From Candidatus Falkowbacteria bacterium (GTDB taxonomy: Bacteria > Patescibacteriota > Patescibacteriia > CAIXNZ01): 64,000 bases of DNA. The first letter of the stretch is position 1. The number at the start of each line of letters is the position of its first letter. The notes under the pieces are model-generated. The model searched no databases, was not told the DNA's origin, and saw nothing but the letters and a program-made list of their open reading frames with translations. This document shows positions 19,283-29,231 of this stretch, piece after piece. The DNA lies in the NCBI GenBank assembly GCA_963774955.1, contig CAVZGV010000003.1, positions 64,771-128,770 on the forward strand, written 5' to 3'. Position numbers and translations under genes: made by a program.

Positions 19283-20158
19283 TTATGCCATGCTGCGCAA
19301 TTTGTTGATGCGGTCTGCCAACGGCGGATGAGTAGAAAAGAGGCCGCTTAGGAATTTTTTAGTCTGGCCAAAAGGATTGGCAATATATAAATGAGCCGTG
19401 GCATTATGGGCTCTTTTTAAGGGTTGAATATTCTCTTGTCCGATTTTTTCCAAAGCATTGGCTAAGCCCTGAGGATAGCGGGTTAAAAGTGAACCATCAG
19501 CGTCAGCTAAATATTCGCGTTTGCGGGAAATTGCTAATTTGATAAGTTCGGCTATCAGCGGGGTAAGCAGGGCAACAAAGATGCCGATGATGATAAAAAT
19601 TCCGGCAGATTTACTATCATCTCCTTTATGGAAAAGGCCTCGCATCAGCCAGTCCGCCAAAAGTGCGATCACGCCGACCAAAACCAGGACAACCATCATC
19701 AAGCGGATATCATAATTTTTTACATGCGAAAGTTCGTGGGCAATCACACCTTCCAGTTCTTCATTGGTTAATTTGCTGATGGCGCCGCTGGTGAGCGCAA
19801 TAGATGCGTGTTGCGGATCTCTGCCAGTGGCAAAGGCATTGATATTCTGGTCTTCGATAATATAAATTTTAGGCAGGGGCAGGCCAGCAGTCAGACAGAG
19901 ATTTTCCACCATATGAAACACGTATTTATTTTCATCATGAGTGATTTCTTTGGCGCCCGAGCTAGATAAGGCGACTTTATCGCCGGCATAGTAGCTGACC
20001 AGAGTCATAATCATAGAAATTATAATTGCCGCAATGAGTCCCAGAGAACCGCTTTCAGTCAGATAACCAAAAAGCCAGCCCAAAGACAGAATAAAGGCGA
20101 TAAAAATAATAATTAAGAAAACAGTTTTGCGTTTATTGGAGTCAATTTGTTGATACAT
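19283..20158 (-). CDS. htpX: M48 zinc metalloprotease HtpX
   Basis: NAFATG, HELSH, SRKREYLAD, STHPP; start taken at MYQQ (20158), since the upstream extension lies in a repeat hairpin. Confidence 0.93.
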   Translation of the reverse strand: MYQQIDSNKRKTVFLIIIFIAFILSLGWLFGYLTESGSLGLIAAIIISMIMTLVSYYAGDKVALSSSGAKEITHDENKYVFHMVENLCLTAGLPLPKIYIIEDQNINAFATGRDPQHASIALTSGAISKLTNEELEGVIAHELSHVKNYDIRLMMVVLVLVGVIALLADWLMRGLFHKGDDSKSAGIFIIIGIFVALLTPLIAELIKLAISRKREYLADADGSLLTRYPQGLANALEKIGQENIQPLKRAHNATAHLYIANPFGQTKKFLSGLFSTHPPLADRINKLRSMA

Positions 20159-20222
20159 ATTTTTGCTTATAGCAGATAGCTTATGGCAAATAGTTAAACT
20201 ATTTGCCATTGGTCATATGCTA

Positions 20223-20774
20223 TTAGAATTGAACTTTGGGTGCTTCTTTTTCTTCAGCTTCAATCTGGAAAAAGTCGTATTTTTTAAAGCCAAGCATGCC
20301 GGCGATCATATTGTTTGGGAAAACTTGAATTTTGGTGTTGAAATCGCGGACATTGCCGTTGTAAAAGCGGCGGGATGCCTGGATTTTGTTTTCAGTGTCG
20401 CTCAATTCATCCTGAAGCTGTAAAAAGTTGGTGCTGGCTTTCAAATCAGGATAAGCTTCAGCAACCGCAAATAATGACTTCAAAGTTCCTGATAAAATGT
20501 TTTCAGCCTCGCCTTTTTCTTCTATTCCCTTGGCTTGCATAGCTTGGGAGCGGGCTTCAGTGACTTTCTGGAAAACCTGGTTTTCATGGCCGGCATAGGC
20601 TTTGACTGTTTCCACTAAATTGGGAATCAGGTCATATCTTCTTTTTAATTGGACGTCAATATCTGACCAGGCTTCATCAACTCGGTTACGGCTTCTGATT
20701 AAATCATTATAAACCGCAATTAGCCATAAAAGCACAACGCCGATAATGACCAGAATTATTACCAAAATAGGCAT
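20223..20774 (-). CDS. lemA: LemA family protein
   Basis: AWSDIDVQLKRRYDLIPNLV, EAYPDLKA, RRFYN; adjacent to htpX. Confidence 0.95.
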   Translation of the reverse strand: MPILVIILVIIGVVLLWLIAVYNDLIRSRNRVDEAWSDIDVQLKRRYDLIPNLVETVKAYAGHENQVFQKVTEARSQAMQAKGIEEKGEAENILSGTLKSLFAVAEAYPDLKASTNFLQLQDELSDTENKIQASRRFYNGNVRDFNTKIQVFPNNMIAGMLGFKKYDFFQIEAEEKEAPKVQF

Positions 20775-21011
20775 AATTTTTTGCTTTAATTAATTAAATT
20801 TAATATACTTAATTCAGCTATTTTATAAGGGCAGGTGTTTTAGCAAATATAAACAAAACTGGCCAAAATAAAACAGCCTGAAATTATGTCCTCATGAGTT
20901 AATTATAGTATGAAAATTGTGCTAATGTCAAAAGAAATTTATTATTTTTAATTAAATTTTCCCCAGTCAGCAATATTTTGCTGTAATTAGGGAAGATTTT
21001 GGAGAAAAAAT

Positions 21012-22196
21012 ATGATTTTCAAACGTCAACAATCATCAAGGCTATTAATCGCGGGCTTAGCGCTATTTGTGGTAATATTTTTTTTAACTTGCCCTAGTGC
21101 GAGTCAGGCAAATTTTGAGTCCAAGGACACTTCCGGCAATGTTTATATTCCGACAGGGACAGTTTTTGAGAATGTTTTTTATTTGGCGGGACAGAATTTA
21201 ACCATTAATGCCAGCATGAAAGATGATGTTTATCTGGCAGGCGCTAACATAAATATCTCCGGTCCGATTGAAGGCGATTTAATCGTCGCCGGTTCAAATG
21301 TAGTTATTAATTCGGAAATTAAGGGTGATTTAAGGGTAGCGGCTGGTTCGGTTACCATTAATGGCAAAGTAAATGGCAATACAACGATTTTGTCCGGTAT
21401 GGTTACTTTGTCTCAGAATTCCGAATTTGGCAAAAGTGTAATTATGTTGGCTGGTAATGGGGAGGTTTACGGTAAAATTAATAAGAATTTGTATGCTGCA
21501 GCGGGAAATGTCATATTAAATAATGAAATTTTAGGCAGTGCTTATTTAACAATCGATAGTGACGGAAGTTTAATTTTACAACCTGAAACCAATATTTATG
21601 GCAATTTGGAGTATACGGCCAGCCAAACCGCCAATATTATTTCAGGGGCAAAAATACAAAATGAAGAAAAATTCACTCAACGTCAGCCTCAAGCCGCAGG
21701 GCGTTCAAATAAAGGTATGGGTTTTGTCCTGGTACTCTGGTTGGCTGGTTTATTGGGCTCAATAATTGTCGGATTGATCATTGTTTTTGTTTTCAAAAAT
21801 CAGACAGTTAAAATTTTAAAGCAGCTGGAAATTAAAGTGCTGCTGACCATGCTTGCCGGTTTAGTTTATTTGATCGTCACCCCGATTGCTTTATTGATTT
21901 TGGCAGTAACCATCATCGGCTTACCTTTGGCTTTGATTATAGGTGCTTTTTTTGCCATTGCACTATTTATCAGTCGTATCTTTGTTGCCATTTATGTGGG
22001 CCAATTGATATTCAAAAATATTTTCAAACAAAAAGAAACATCAGCTGTCTGGTCAATGATTCTGGGCTTGGTATTATTATATGTTGTTTGTTGGTTACCA
22101 CTTTTAGGCTGGCTGGTTAAACTCGTTGTTTTGTTGTGGGGTTTAGGTGCCTTGATGGCCATTGTCAAAAAAGATCTTAATTTGGGAAATAATTAA
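21012..22196 (+). CDS. Beta-helix (polymer-forming cytoskeletal-like) repeat protein with C-terminal TM bundle
   Basis: Repeated GDL.VAG..V.IN.. units followed by several TM helices. Confidence 0.75.
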   Translation: MIFKRQQSSRLLIAGLALFVVIFFLTCPSASQANFESKDTSGNVYIPTGTVFENVFYLAGQNLTINASMKDDVYLAGANINISGPIEGDLIVAGSNVVINSEIKGDLRVAAGSVTINGKVNGNTTILSGMVTLSQNSEFGKSVIMLAGNGEVYGKINKNLYAAAGNVILNNEILGSAYLTIDSDGSLILQPETNIYGNLEYTASQTANIISGAKIQNEEKFTQRQPQAAGRSNKGMGFVLVLWLAGLLGSIIVGLIIVFVFKNQTVKILKQLEIKVLLTMLAGLVYLIVTPIALLILAVTIIGLPLALIIGAFFAIALFISRIFVAIYVGQLIFKNIFKQKETSAVWSMILGLVLLYVVCWLPLLGWLVKLVVLLWGLGALMAIVKKDLNLGNN

Positions 22197-22205
22197 AGAA
22201 AGCCT

Positions 22206-22233
22206 GAAGGCAGAAGTCTGGACTTCTGCCTTC
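22206..22233. repeat. Intergenic palindrome (REP-like or terminator)
   Basis: GAAGGCAGAAGT-CTGG-ACTTCTGCCTTC, 12-bp perfect stem. Confidence 0.6.
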
Positions 22234-22252
22234 TTGTTTAGGGTTTAAATAT

Positions 22253-23596
22253 ATGATCAATCCTTCCATTTTCAAAGCCTATGACGTGCGCGGCATTTAT
22301 CCTTCAGAAATTGACGAAAGCGCTGTTTATAAAATCGCTCAGGCTTATGCCAAGGTTTTTCAGCCCCAGAGCGCAATTGTTTTAGGCAAAGATGTGCGTT
22401 TATCTTCTCACAGTTTGTGGCAGTCAGCTGTCAAAGGCTTAACAGATGCCGGAATCGATGTCATTGATATCGGGACAATTTCCACGGATATGCTTTATTT
22501 TAGCGTGGCTAAATATGGCTATAGTGGGGGCCTGTCAGTTACTGCTTCCCATAATCCCAAAGAGTATAACGGTCTGAAATTTGTCAGAGAAAAGGCCATT
22601 GCCATATCAGGAGACACTGGCATTATGGATATGCGTGATCAGGCCTTGAAAAATGAACAAATCATGGAGCCGGAAAAGGGGGAAATAATTAAAAAAGACA
22701 TACTTTCAGATTATGCCGAGCACTGTTTGAGTTTTATTGATACTAAGGCTATTAAGCCTATGAAAATTGTAGCTAATGCCAATTTTGGCATGGCCGGAGT
22801 GGCGATTAATAAAATTTTGGAAGATATTCCGGTGGAAATAGTACCTTTAGATTTTGAACCTAATGGCAATTTCCCTAAGGGGCGACCAGATCCGATGATT
22901 CTGGAGAGAAGAAAAGAAACCGAAGAATTGGTCATATCTGCCAAGGCTGACTTGGGTGTAGCCTGGGATGCTGATGCTGACCGCTGTTTTCTTTTTGATG
23001 AAAATGGAGAATATGTTGATAATTATTATTTAACCGCGATATTGGCTGAATTATTTTTAGAAAAATCTCATAAAAAGGAAAAAATAATCTTGGATCCCAG
23101 GCAGTATTGGGCTGTGGCAGATACGGTAGCCAAGGCCGGGGGTGAATCAATCATGAATAAAGTCGGGCATGCTTTTATTAAAGACAGAATGCGCAAAGAA
23201 AACGTGCTTTTTGCCGGAGAAATTACGGGTCATTTTTATTTCCGCGATAATTTTTTCTGTGATAACGGCATGATTCCTTTGCTGTTAATTTTAGAAAAAC
23301 TAAGTCAAGAGGGGATTAAATTGTCGGAATTGGCAGATCCTTTTCGAAAAAAATATTTCATTTCCGGTGAAATTAATACCAAAGTAAATGATCCTGATGT
23401 GGTTTTAAAAAATGCTGAAGCCAAATATTCCGACGGTGAAATTTTACATATTGACGGCGTGTCAGTGGAATATAAAGACTGGCGTTTTAATTTGCGTAAA
23501 TCAAATACCGAACCATTAATTCGCTTGAATGTAGAGGCAAAATCGCAAGCGCTAGTTGACGAGAAGGTTAAGGAATTGTTGACTTTAATAAAATAG
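22253..23596 (+). CDS. Phosphomannomutase/phosphoglucomutase
   Basis: FKAYDVRG, TASHNP, DADADR, GEITGH, RKSNTEP. Confidence 0.95.
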   Translation: MINPSIFKAYDVRGIYPSEIDESAVYKIAQAYAKVFQPQSAIVLGKDVRLSSHSLWQSAVKGLTDAGIDVIDIGTISTDMLYFSVAKYGYSGGLSVTASHNPKEYNGLKFVREKAIAISGDTGIMDMRDQALKNEQIMEPEKGEIIKKDILSDYAEHCLSFIDTKAIKPMKIVANANFGMAGVAINKILEDIPVEIVPLDFEPNGNFPKGRPDPMILERRKETEELVISAKADLGVAWDADADRCFLFDENGEYVDNYYLTAILAELFLEKSHKKEKIILDPRQYWAVADTVAKAGGESIMNKVGHAFIKDRMRKENVLFAGEITGHFYFRDNFFCDNGMIPLLLILEKLSQEGIKLSELADPFRKKYFISGEINTKVNDPDVVLKNAEAKYSDGEILHIDGVSVEYKDWRFNLRKSNTEPLIRLNVEAKSQALVDEKVKELLTLIK

Positions 23597-23635
23597 ATGA
23601 AGGCTGAAGAGCGAAAACGGCTGTTTTTAAGGAAG

Positions 23636-23663
23636 GTAGAGACGCGCTGCAGCGCGTCTCTAC
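23636..23663. repeat. Perfect 28-bp palindrome of GTAG-type REP character
   Basis: GTAGAGACGCGCTGCAGCGCGTCTCTAC. Confidence 0.7.
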
Positions 23664-23708
23664 AGGCCAATGTCCTCGATGTCAGCCGTTTTCGCCCGGA
23701 GATCAAAT

Positions 23709-24647
23709 ATGAACAAAGAAAAACCACAAGTAAAAAATGAATCCGCGCCGGCCTTGGAAATGGCTCGGCAGGCTTTGGGTCGGGTAAAAGAACTGGATCT
23801 GACGCCGGAAGAAAAAGAAGAAGTAATGCAGATGATTGATCAGGCAAAAAAGGAAGAATCCAGCGGTAATAAAGCTAAGGCGTTGGTGGTTTATAATGAG
23901 TTGTTAAGAAAATTAAAGGAAAGAAAAAACCCAGTTTCTGAAGTTATTAAATTTACTACACCTGAAGGCAAGGAAATAAATATTGATTTAGGTAAAGAAT
24001 TGGAATATTGGTCTGATTTTTATAATGAAATTGGTCTTGATTGGATAAAAATGCCCAAGCGTATTACTTTATCACAGGAACAAAAAGAAACATTGGTAAA
24101 AGGCGCTTTGGCTTTATGTCCTAATGGTCATTATGAAAAACTTAAATTATTAATAATCCCGGAGGGTATTGCTGATAAAAGTGATGATTATAGAAAATTA
24201 ACAAAGTTAGTCAGCAAAAATTTCAAAGTTAGTTTATCTGCGGATCCCATTTATGGTTTAGAAAATAAACCTGGGAAATTGAAGTTAATATTAGTCAAGG
24301 ATGCCAAAGAGTTAAGAAACGATAAAGTTTATCAGAATACTGCAAATTTATCTTTTAATGATTTAACTGCTGAAGGAGGACTTTTTGAACGAAAAGGATT
24401 GCAAAGCATTGATGTGGCGACTTATCTTATTTGGCAAATGGAAGCTAAATTAAGAACAGGAGAATTATTAGATAAAATGAGTCAGGTCTGGCTGACTGAA
24501 AATAAGTTACCTCAAGGAATTTTTCCGGAAACAAGAGAATTATCCTCTTATGTTGTCGGGGATAAATTATTCTTTGAAAGAAATAATCCCGATTATTATG
24601 CGCCACAATTGGGTTGCCGTCTTGCTTGCACAGTGGAAATTGAATAA
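23709..24647 (+). CDS. Hypothetical protein
   Basis: Long ORF (track start 23670; ATG at 23709 preceded by GGAG); no recognised motif. Confidence 0.65.
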   Translation: MNKEKPQVKNESAPALEMARQALGRVKELDLTPEEKEEVMQMIDQAKKEESSGNKAKALVVYNELLRKLKERKNPVSEVIKFTTPEGKEINIDLGKELEYWSDFYNEIGLDWIKMPKRITLSQEQKETLVKGALALCPNGHYEKLKLLIIPEGIADKSDDYRKLTKLVSKNFKVSLSADPIYGLENKPGKLKLILVKDAKELRNDKVYQNTANLSFNDLTAEGGLFERKGLQSIDVATYLIWQMEAKLRTGELLDKMSQVWLTENKLPQGIFPETRELSSYVVGDKLFFERNNPDYYAPQLGCRLACTVEIE

Positions 24648-24674
24648 AAAATATAAAAAGGTTTTACAAATAAT

Positions 24675-25478
24675 ATGAAGATCGGTATTTTTGATTCAGG
24701 CTTGGGTGGCCTGATTATTTTAAAAGAAATCATAAAAAAACTGCCGCAGTATGATTACATTTACCTGGGCGATAATGCGCGGACGCCGTATGGCAACCGC
24801 TCGCAGGAGGTAATCTATAAGTTTACAGAACAGGCAGTTGATTTTTTGTTTAAACAAAATTGCCAGCTGGTAATTATTGCCTGTAATACGGCTTCGGCTG
24901 AAGCTTTGCGTAAAATTCAGCAGGAGTGGCTGCCCAAGAATTATCCTGACAGGCGAGTGCTGGGAGTTATCAGACCAGTAGTAGAACAAGCGGTTAAAAC
25001 TGCGAAAAAGAAAATCGGGGTCATCGGCACCAAAGGCACGGTGGCTTCGCAGGCCTATATTCATGAAATTACCAAATTGAACCCTAAGCTTGAAGTTTTA
25101 CAGCAGGCCTGTCCGCTTTTGGTGCCTTTGGTTGAAGAAGGCTGGCAAAAATCAGATGTGACTAAACGAGTTTTACGAACATATTTGAAACCATTAAAAT
25201 CAGCAAAAGTAGATACTTTAATTTTGGGCTGTACCCATTATCCGATTTTATATAAAGAAATTCAGGGCATAATGGGCCCAAGAACTAAAGTTTTGCATTC
25301 CGGTGAAATCGTGGCTGAGTCTTTGGTTGATTATTTGGGGCGACATCCGGAAATTGAAACTAAATTAGATAAAAACTCTCAAAATATTTTTTACGTGACT
25401 GATTTGTCGGCGCATTACCAGATATTGGGGGAGGGCTGGTTTGGGCAGGGGATTAAGTTTGAAAAAGTTAGTTTATAA
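24675..25478 (+). CDS. murI: Glutamate racemase
   Basis: FDSGLGG, IACNTAS, LGCTHYP. Confidence 0.97.
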   Translation: MKIGIFDSGLGGLIILKEIIKKLPQYDYIYLGDNARTPYGNRSQEVIYKFTEQAVDFLFKQNCQLVIIACNTASAEALRKIQQEWLPKNYPDRRVLGVIRPVVEQAVKTAKKKIGVIGTKGTVASQAYIHEITKLNPKLEVLQQACPLLVPLVEEGWQKSDVTKRVLRTYLKPLKSAKVDTLILGCTHYPILYKEIQGIMGPRTKVLHSGEIVAESLVDYLGRHPEIETKLDKNSQNIFYVTDLSAHYQILGEGWFGQGIKFEKVSL

Positions 25479-25574
25479 GGTTCTATTAGGTTAGATGAGG
25501 TTTTATAAAGTTATATAAGGTTGCGATGAGGAAATAAAAAATCCCGGACCAGGTGGCCGGGATTTTGGGTTTTA

Positions 25575-26213
25575 TCAGAGTTCCTTCTGGCCTCGAATTT
25601 CTTCTCTTTCGAGGTATAACTCTTTTAGTTTTTGCCGCAGCTTTTCATTATTAATATTTCTGCCTTTTAAGCGACGGGTAAGCTTGGCAATTATTTGATT
25701 GACTCGTCCGCCGGAAATATCAAATTTTCGTCCGATTTCCTCGTATGAATATTCCCGGTGCTCCGGATTTAATCCGAATTTGAGTCTTATCATTTCTTCT
25801 TCTTTCGGCGAAAATTGAGCAATTGACTGCTCAATGGTTTCCAGAAGTTCTGTTTCCACTATCTCCAGATACGGTTCTGAAACAGTAGGCAAGCATTTGA
25901 GCCTTGATATGTCTGTGGCACTCAGTTCATGCAGAGACAATTCAATCGCTCTTTTAGGAGATTCAAGCTGATAGAGCTTCAGGGGAAAAAGTAGGTCAAT
26001 ATTAATTTTGAGAATTTCTGACAACCTGACGCAAAACGGCAGCCAGTTGCCTCGTTTGCCAATGGGTGATTTTTTCAGGTTGATCAAATCTCCAATATAG
26101 GTCATATGCAGGCCGCATTGCCGGCTAAAGGCGGCAATTGAAGCGTAGTTATCATAAATAGCATGATAAAGAACATTATTTCGGACTCTGATTTCCACTC
26201 GTACTTCTTCCAT
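25575..26213 (-). CDS. Transcription regulator: N-terminal HTH-like region + sigma70 region-4-like HTH
   Basis: EEEMIRLKFGL..YSYEEIGRKFDISGGRVNQI; own promoter (TTGACA 26287-26282), AGGAG SD, terminator ~25536-25566. Confidence 0.75.
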   Translation of the reverse strand: MEEVRVEIRVRNNVLYHAIYDNYASIAAFSRQCGLHMTYIGDLINLKKSPIGKRGNWLPFCVRLSEILKINIDLLFPLKLYQLESPKRAIELSLHELSATDISRLKCLPTVSEPYLEIVETELLETIEQSIAQFSPKEEEMIRLKFGLNPEHREYSYEEIGRKFDISGGRVNQIIAKLTRRLKGRNINNEKLRQKLKELYLEREEIRGQKEL

Positions 26214-26354
26214 CTTTTTTCTCCTTTGTCAGAGTAGACCTTGGCGACACATTAAATCAATTTAGCAATGATTTTGAGATTTGTCAATAATAAATTTAAG
26301 ATAATATAAAAGAAAAGGAGCTCCGCAACGCGGAGCTCCTTTGATAATTTGTGG

Positions 26355-28208
26355 CTATGGCTTGTCGCTGAGCAGTTGCTCCAGTTGTTTCAGTTGCTCA
26401 GGAGTCAGGTTGTCCAGCCGTCGTTTGACTTCTTCGTTGTCTGTGTTGGTTTCGGCTTCTGCTTGCGCCGGTACGGTGATAGCATCGCTGGCTTGCTGAA
26501 TTTCGGATTTGGTAAATTCCACATCCGGCAGGTCAAAGCTTGCCATCTGGATAATGCCTTCGTTTGTTTCCAGGTAGGTAATCTTGGCTTGGTCATTGTC
26601 GCGGGCAATAGCCAGTTCTTCGGAGATTTTACTGGTACCGGAAAAAAGCTTGTCAGGCATTTGGTCCAGCCAAACGTAGTATATGGTTACTCCGTTTTGG
26701 CTGTCAGCTGCGATGCGTTTAATTTTGCCTTCAGCTTTTTTTACGTACTTTTCATTACTGGGAGCCATGGTATTGCCGTTGGAAGCCAGTAGCTTGCGAT
26801 ACTCGGCCAGTAATTCCGTTTTGTCCTGTCCGAATGCAACTCGTGAAGACGAGGCTTCGACCATGGCAATGCGCTGGAAAACATGCTGGTCCGAAAGAAT
26901 CGGTACCACCCAGGTAAGGGTGCCGTAAATGTTATAAAGGATTGGATCAGTCGGATGCCATTTGGCAGATTCTGCGCCTAAACCGCTGGAAACAGCCTGG
27001 ATTACCGCTGTTTCATTGGCGCCGTTGATGCGGTAGAAATATGATTTGGCGTTGCGAGAGTTGATCATCAGAAATCCGACCAAGGCGTTATCGCTGGCAG
27101 AAGATGAGGTCATGCCGGTAAACCAGTATGGCTGGCCGTCATTACCGTAGACTAGCCACATATCCAGTTTGCCTGCGACTTCTGTGGGAATCATCACATC
27201 CTGTTCCGACCAGATTGAATTCCACCAGCCGCGGGTGTATTTGCCCCGCCACTTGGCATACGAAAAAGCGATTTTCTGAGGGATGATTCGATCCACCCAG
27301 ACAGGAGCTTCTTCTGGTTTGTATTTTTCAATCTCTCCGGTTTCCGCGTTGACCAGAATTACTCCGGTAACCTTGTCGCCGGTGTAATGATGGATTAGGT
27401 CGTATTTGGTGATGACCCAATAAGGGTTCAATTCATCATCAACTTCAAAGGTAAAATCGGTCAGGCCGGTAAACTGGTAACCTTTGGCATAGACATAACG
27501 TCTGAGGTTGTCGCTAAACCAGCCGGTGGTGACATATTTCAATTTGCGCTGTTCAATCCTGACGGGTCGGTTGCGATCCTCGGCATTGACCATGATAAAA
27601 CCATAGGTTTCCCCATAGCTTTGCCAGGAGGCAAAACCATTGAATTCCAGGGGAGCAACCCACCACAGTTCGTCTTTGACGCGCTGGATATGGAGTGTGC
27701 CCACATGGAAACGGCTGCCGATATTGCCGGGGATTTTGCCGATGTCCTGATTGCCCAACCATTCGGCGTGTTCCTGGTCAATGATCCTGATGTGCTTGGT
27801 ATCAATCGGCTGAAAATCATCCTGCCAGGATTTATCTTCCACCTTGCCGATCATATCCCGCAGATTGACTGACTGGAACATACCCATGGAAAGGATACCC
27901 CGGATCAAAACCAGAACCAGCAGAACCACGAAAAGATAAGTGCCGCCGGGAAGCTCCTCCGAGGTTATCCCGGTGATTAATAGATTGATACTCATGGTCA
28001 GCAAAATCATGAAACTCAGACCCCAGAACGGTCCATAAAGACCGGGGCAGACGGCATAAACAATGCCTACCCATAAGATCAGGGCTACAACTGAACGGAT
28101 GATCCAACCCAAAAGCCATTTGCCATGACCGTCTTCTTTCAGTTGATTGAAATTGGGGTTAAACCCGCCGACGACGCTGACGATAAAAGCCACCCAAAGA
28201 TAACTCAT
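26355..28208 (-). CDS. Hypothetical membrane protein (N-terminal TMs + large extracytoplasmic domain)
   Basis: 617-aa ORF with higher GC, AAGGAG SD, promoter TTGACA(28319)-17-TATACT, terminator ~26313-26342. Confidence 0.75.
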   Translation of the reverse strand: MSYLWVAFIVSVVGGFNPNFNQLKEDGHGKWLLGWIIRSVVALILWVGIVYAVCPGLYGPFWGLSFMILLTMSINLLITGITSEELPGGTYLFVVLLVLVLIRGILSMGMFQSVNLRDMIGKVEDKSWQDDFQPIDTKHIRIIDQEHAEWLGNQDIGKIPGNIGSRFHVGTLHIQRVKDELWWVAPLEFNGFASWQSYGETYGFIMVNAEDRNRPVRIEQRKLKYVTTGWFSDNLRRYVYAKGYQFTGLTDFTFEVDDELNPYWVITKYDLIHHYTGDKVTGVILVNAETGEIEKYKPEEAPVWVDRIIPQKIAFSYAKWRGKYTRGWWNSIWSEQDVMIPTEVAGKLDMWLVYGNDGQPYWFTGMTSSSASDNALVGFLMINSRNAKSYFYRINGANETAVIQAVSSGLGAESAKWHPTDPILYNIYGTLTWVVPILSDQHVFQRIAMVEASSSRVAFGQDKTELLAEYRKLLASNGNTMAPSNEKYVKKAEGKIKRIAADSQNGVTIYYVWLDQMPDKLFSGTSKISEELAIARDNDQAKITYLETNEGIIQMASFDLPDVEFTKSEIQQASDAITVPAQAEAETNTDNEEVKRRLDNLTPEQLKQLEQLLSDKP

Positions 28209-28837
28209 TTTCTTTACTCCTTTTCTTCTGTTTTTGAGGTACGTTTTTGTACTAAAAAGTACAAATAGCCATAAAAATTTACGACACCTTAGTATATAAT
28301 TTTAAAAGATTTTTGTCAATAAAAAAGACGACCTGCTATTTTGGGTCGTCTAGGTAAAACATCACTGAGATTTTTCAGGATTTGAATTCAAAATGGAATT
28401 AGAGTTTTTATCCTTGCGGATTAGGATAAGACTAAAAGCAAAGGGAGTTTGTCTTTTAGATTATCCATCGGGACGGCTGATTGTTACATATCCAGGCCAT
28501 TGGCCTTGGTCTTGTAAACTGATCAACCAAACTCTTGGAACAAGCATTTGGCAATGCCTGATCCTCTTAACCCGACGTTGGTTTTTATAGCCAGAAACCA
28601 GCATTCTTGTCTGACTATTTTGAGATAACTCAATTAAAAACCAACAATTTTAGTAATAATAACTTATCATATTATTGAATTTTTGTCAAGATTAATAAAA
28701 AAGCGGTCAGACAGGGTCTGACCGCGTAATGGTTTGGTTCGGATTCCGGGAGGCGCTGGGCGTCTTCCGCTTATAAGGCCAATTGGTCTTACTGGAATCC
28801 GATTTTTAAAGCGACCAGTGCCGCTTTAAATACAATA

Positions 28838-29102
28838 TTAAGTGTTTCTGGGCGTCTCAAAAGCCAAGATGCTTGAGGATACGGCTAAAAGCGGATTTGC
28901 GCAAACCCACTCAAGCTTCTCCATCGGGCAGAGCAATCTTTCCTGATCGGAGGCAAATATCCTTAGAAAAGATTGCCAACACTTGGCCAGCGCTTCCTCG
29001 AGGCGGGGCTGCCTACCCCAAGCGCCAACCTTCAAACCCGACGTCAGATCCGGAGGCCGAACATTTGCCTCACTTACGCGACCGCATTTACGGCAGTCCA
29101 TG
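28838..29102 (-). other. Promoter- and terminator-bounded unit; small ORF (MDCRKC..) or ncRNA
   Basis: TTGACA(29162)-17-TAATAT upstream, terminator 28696-28726; ORF lacks an SD. Confidence 0.3.
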
Positions 29103-29231
29103 ACCTGACAATTTAAATTTCGATTATGCTGCCATATTAGCAAAAATAATAGGTAATGTCAATGGTTTGCCTTTTATTTTATTTTGAGATAAAATTAGAG
29201 TATTCAATTTATTATTTAACTTTTCAATACA

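Noticed and set aside
20159-20209. N-terminal extensions of htpX (also GT2 at 44942 and queH at 62849) given by the ORF track
   Set aside because: The extensions run through intergenic heptamer hairpins; downstream ATGs match the family starts.
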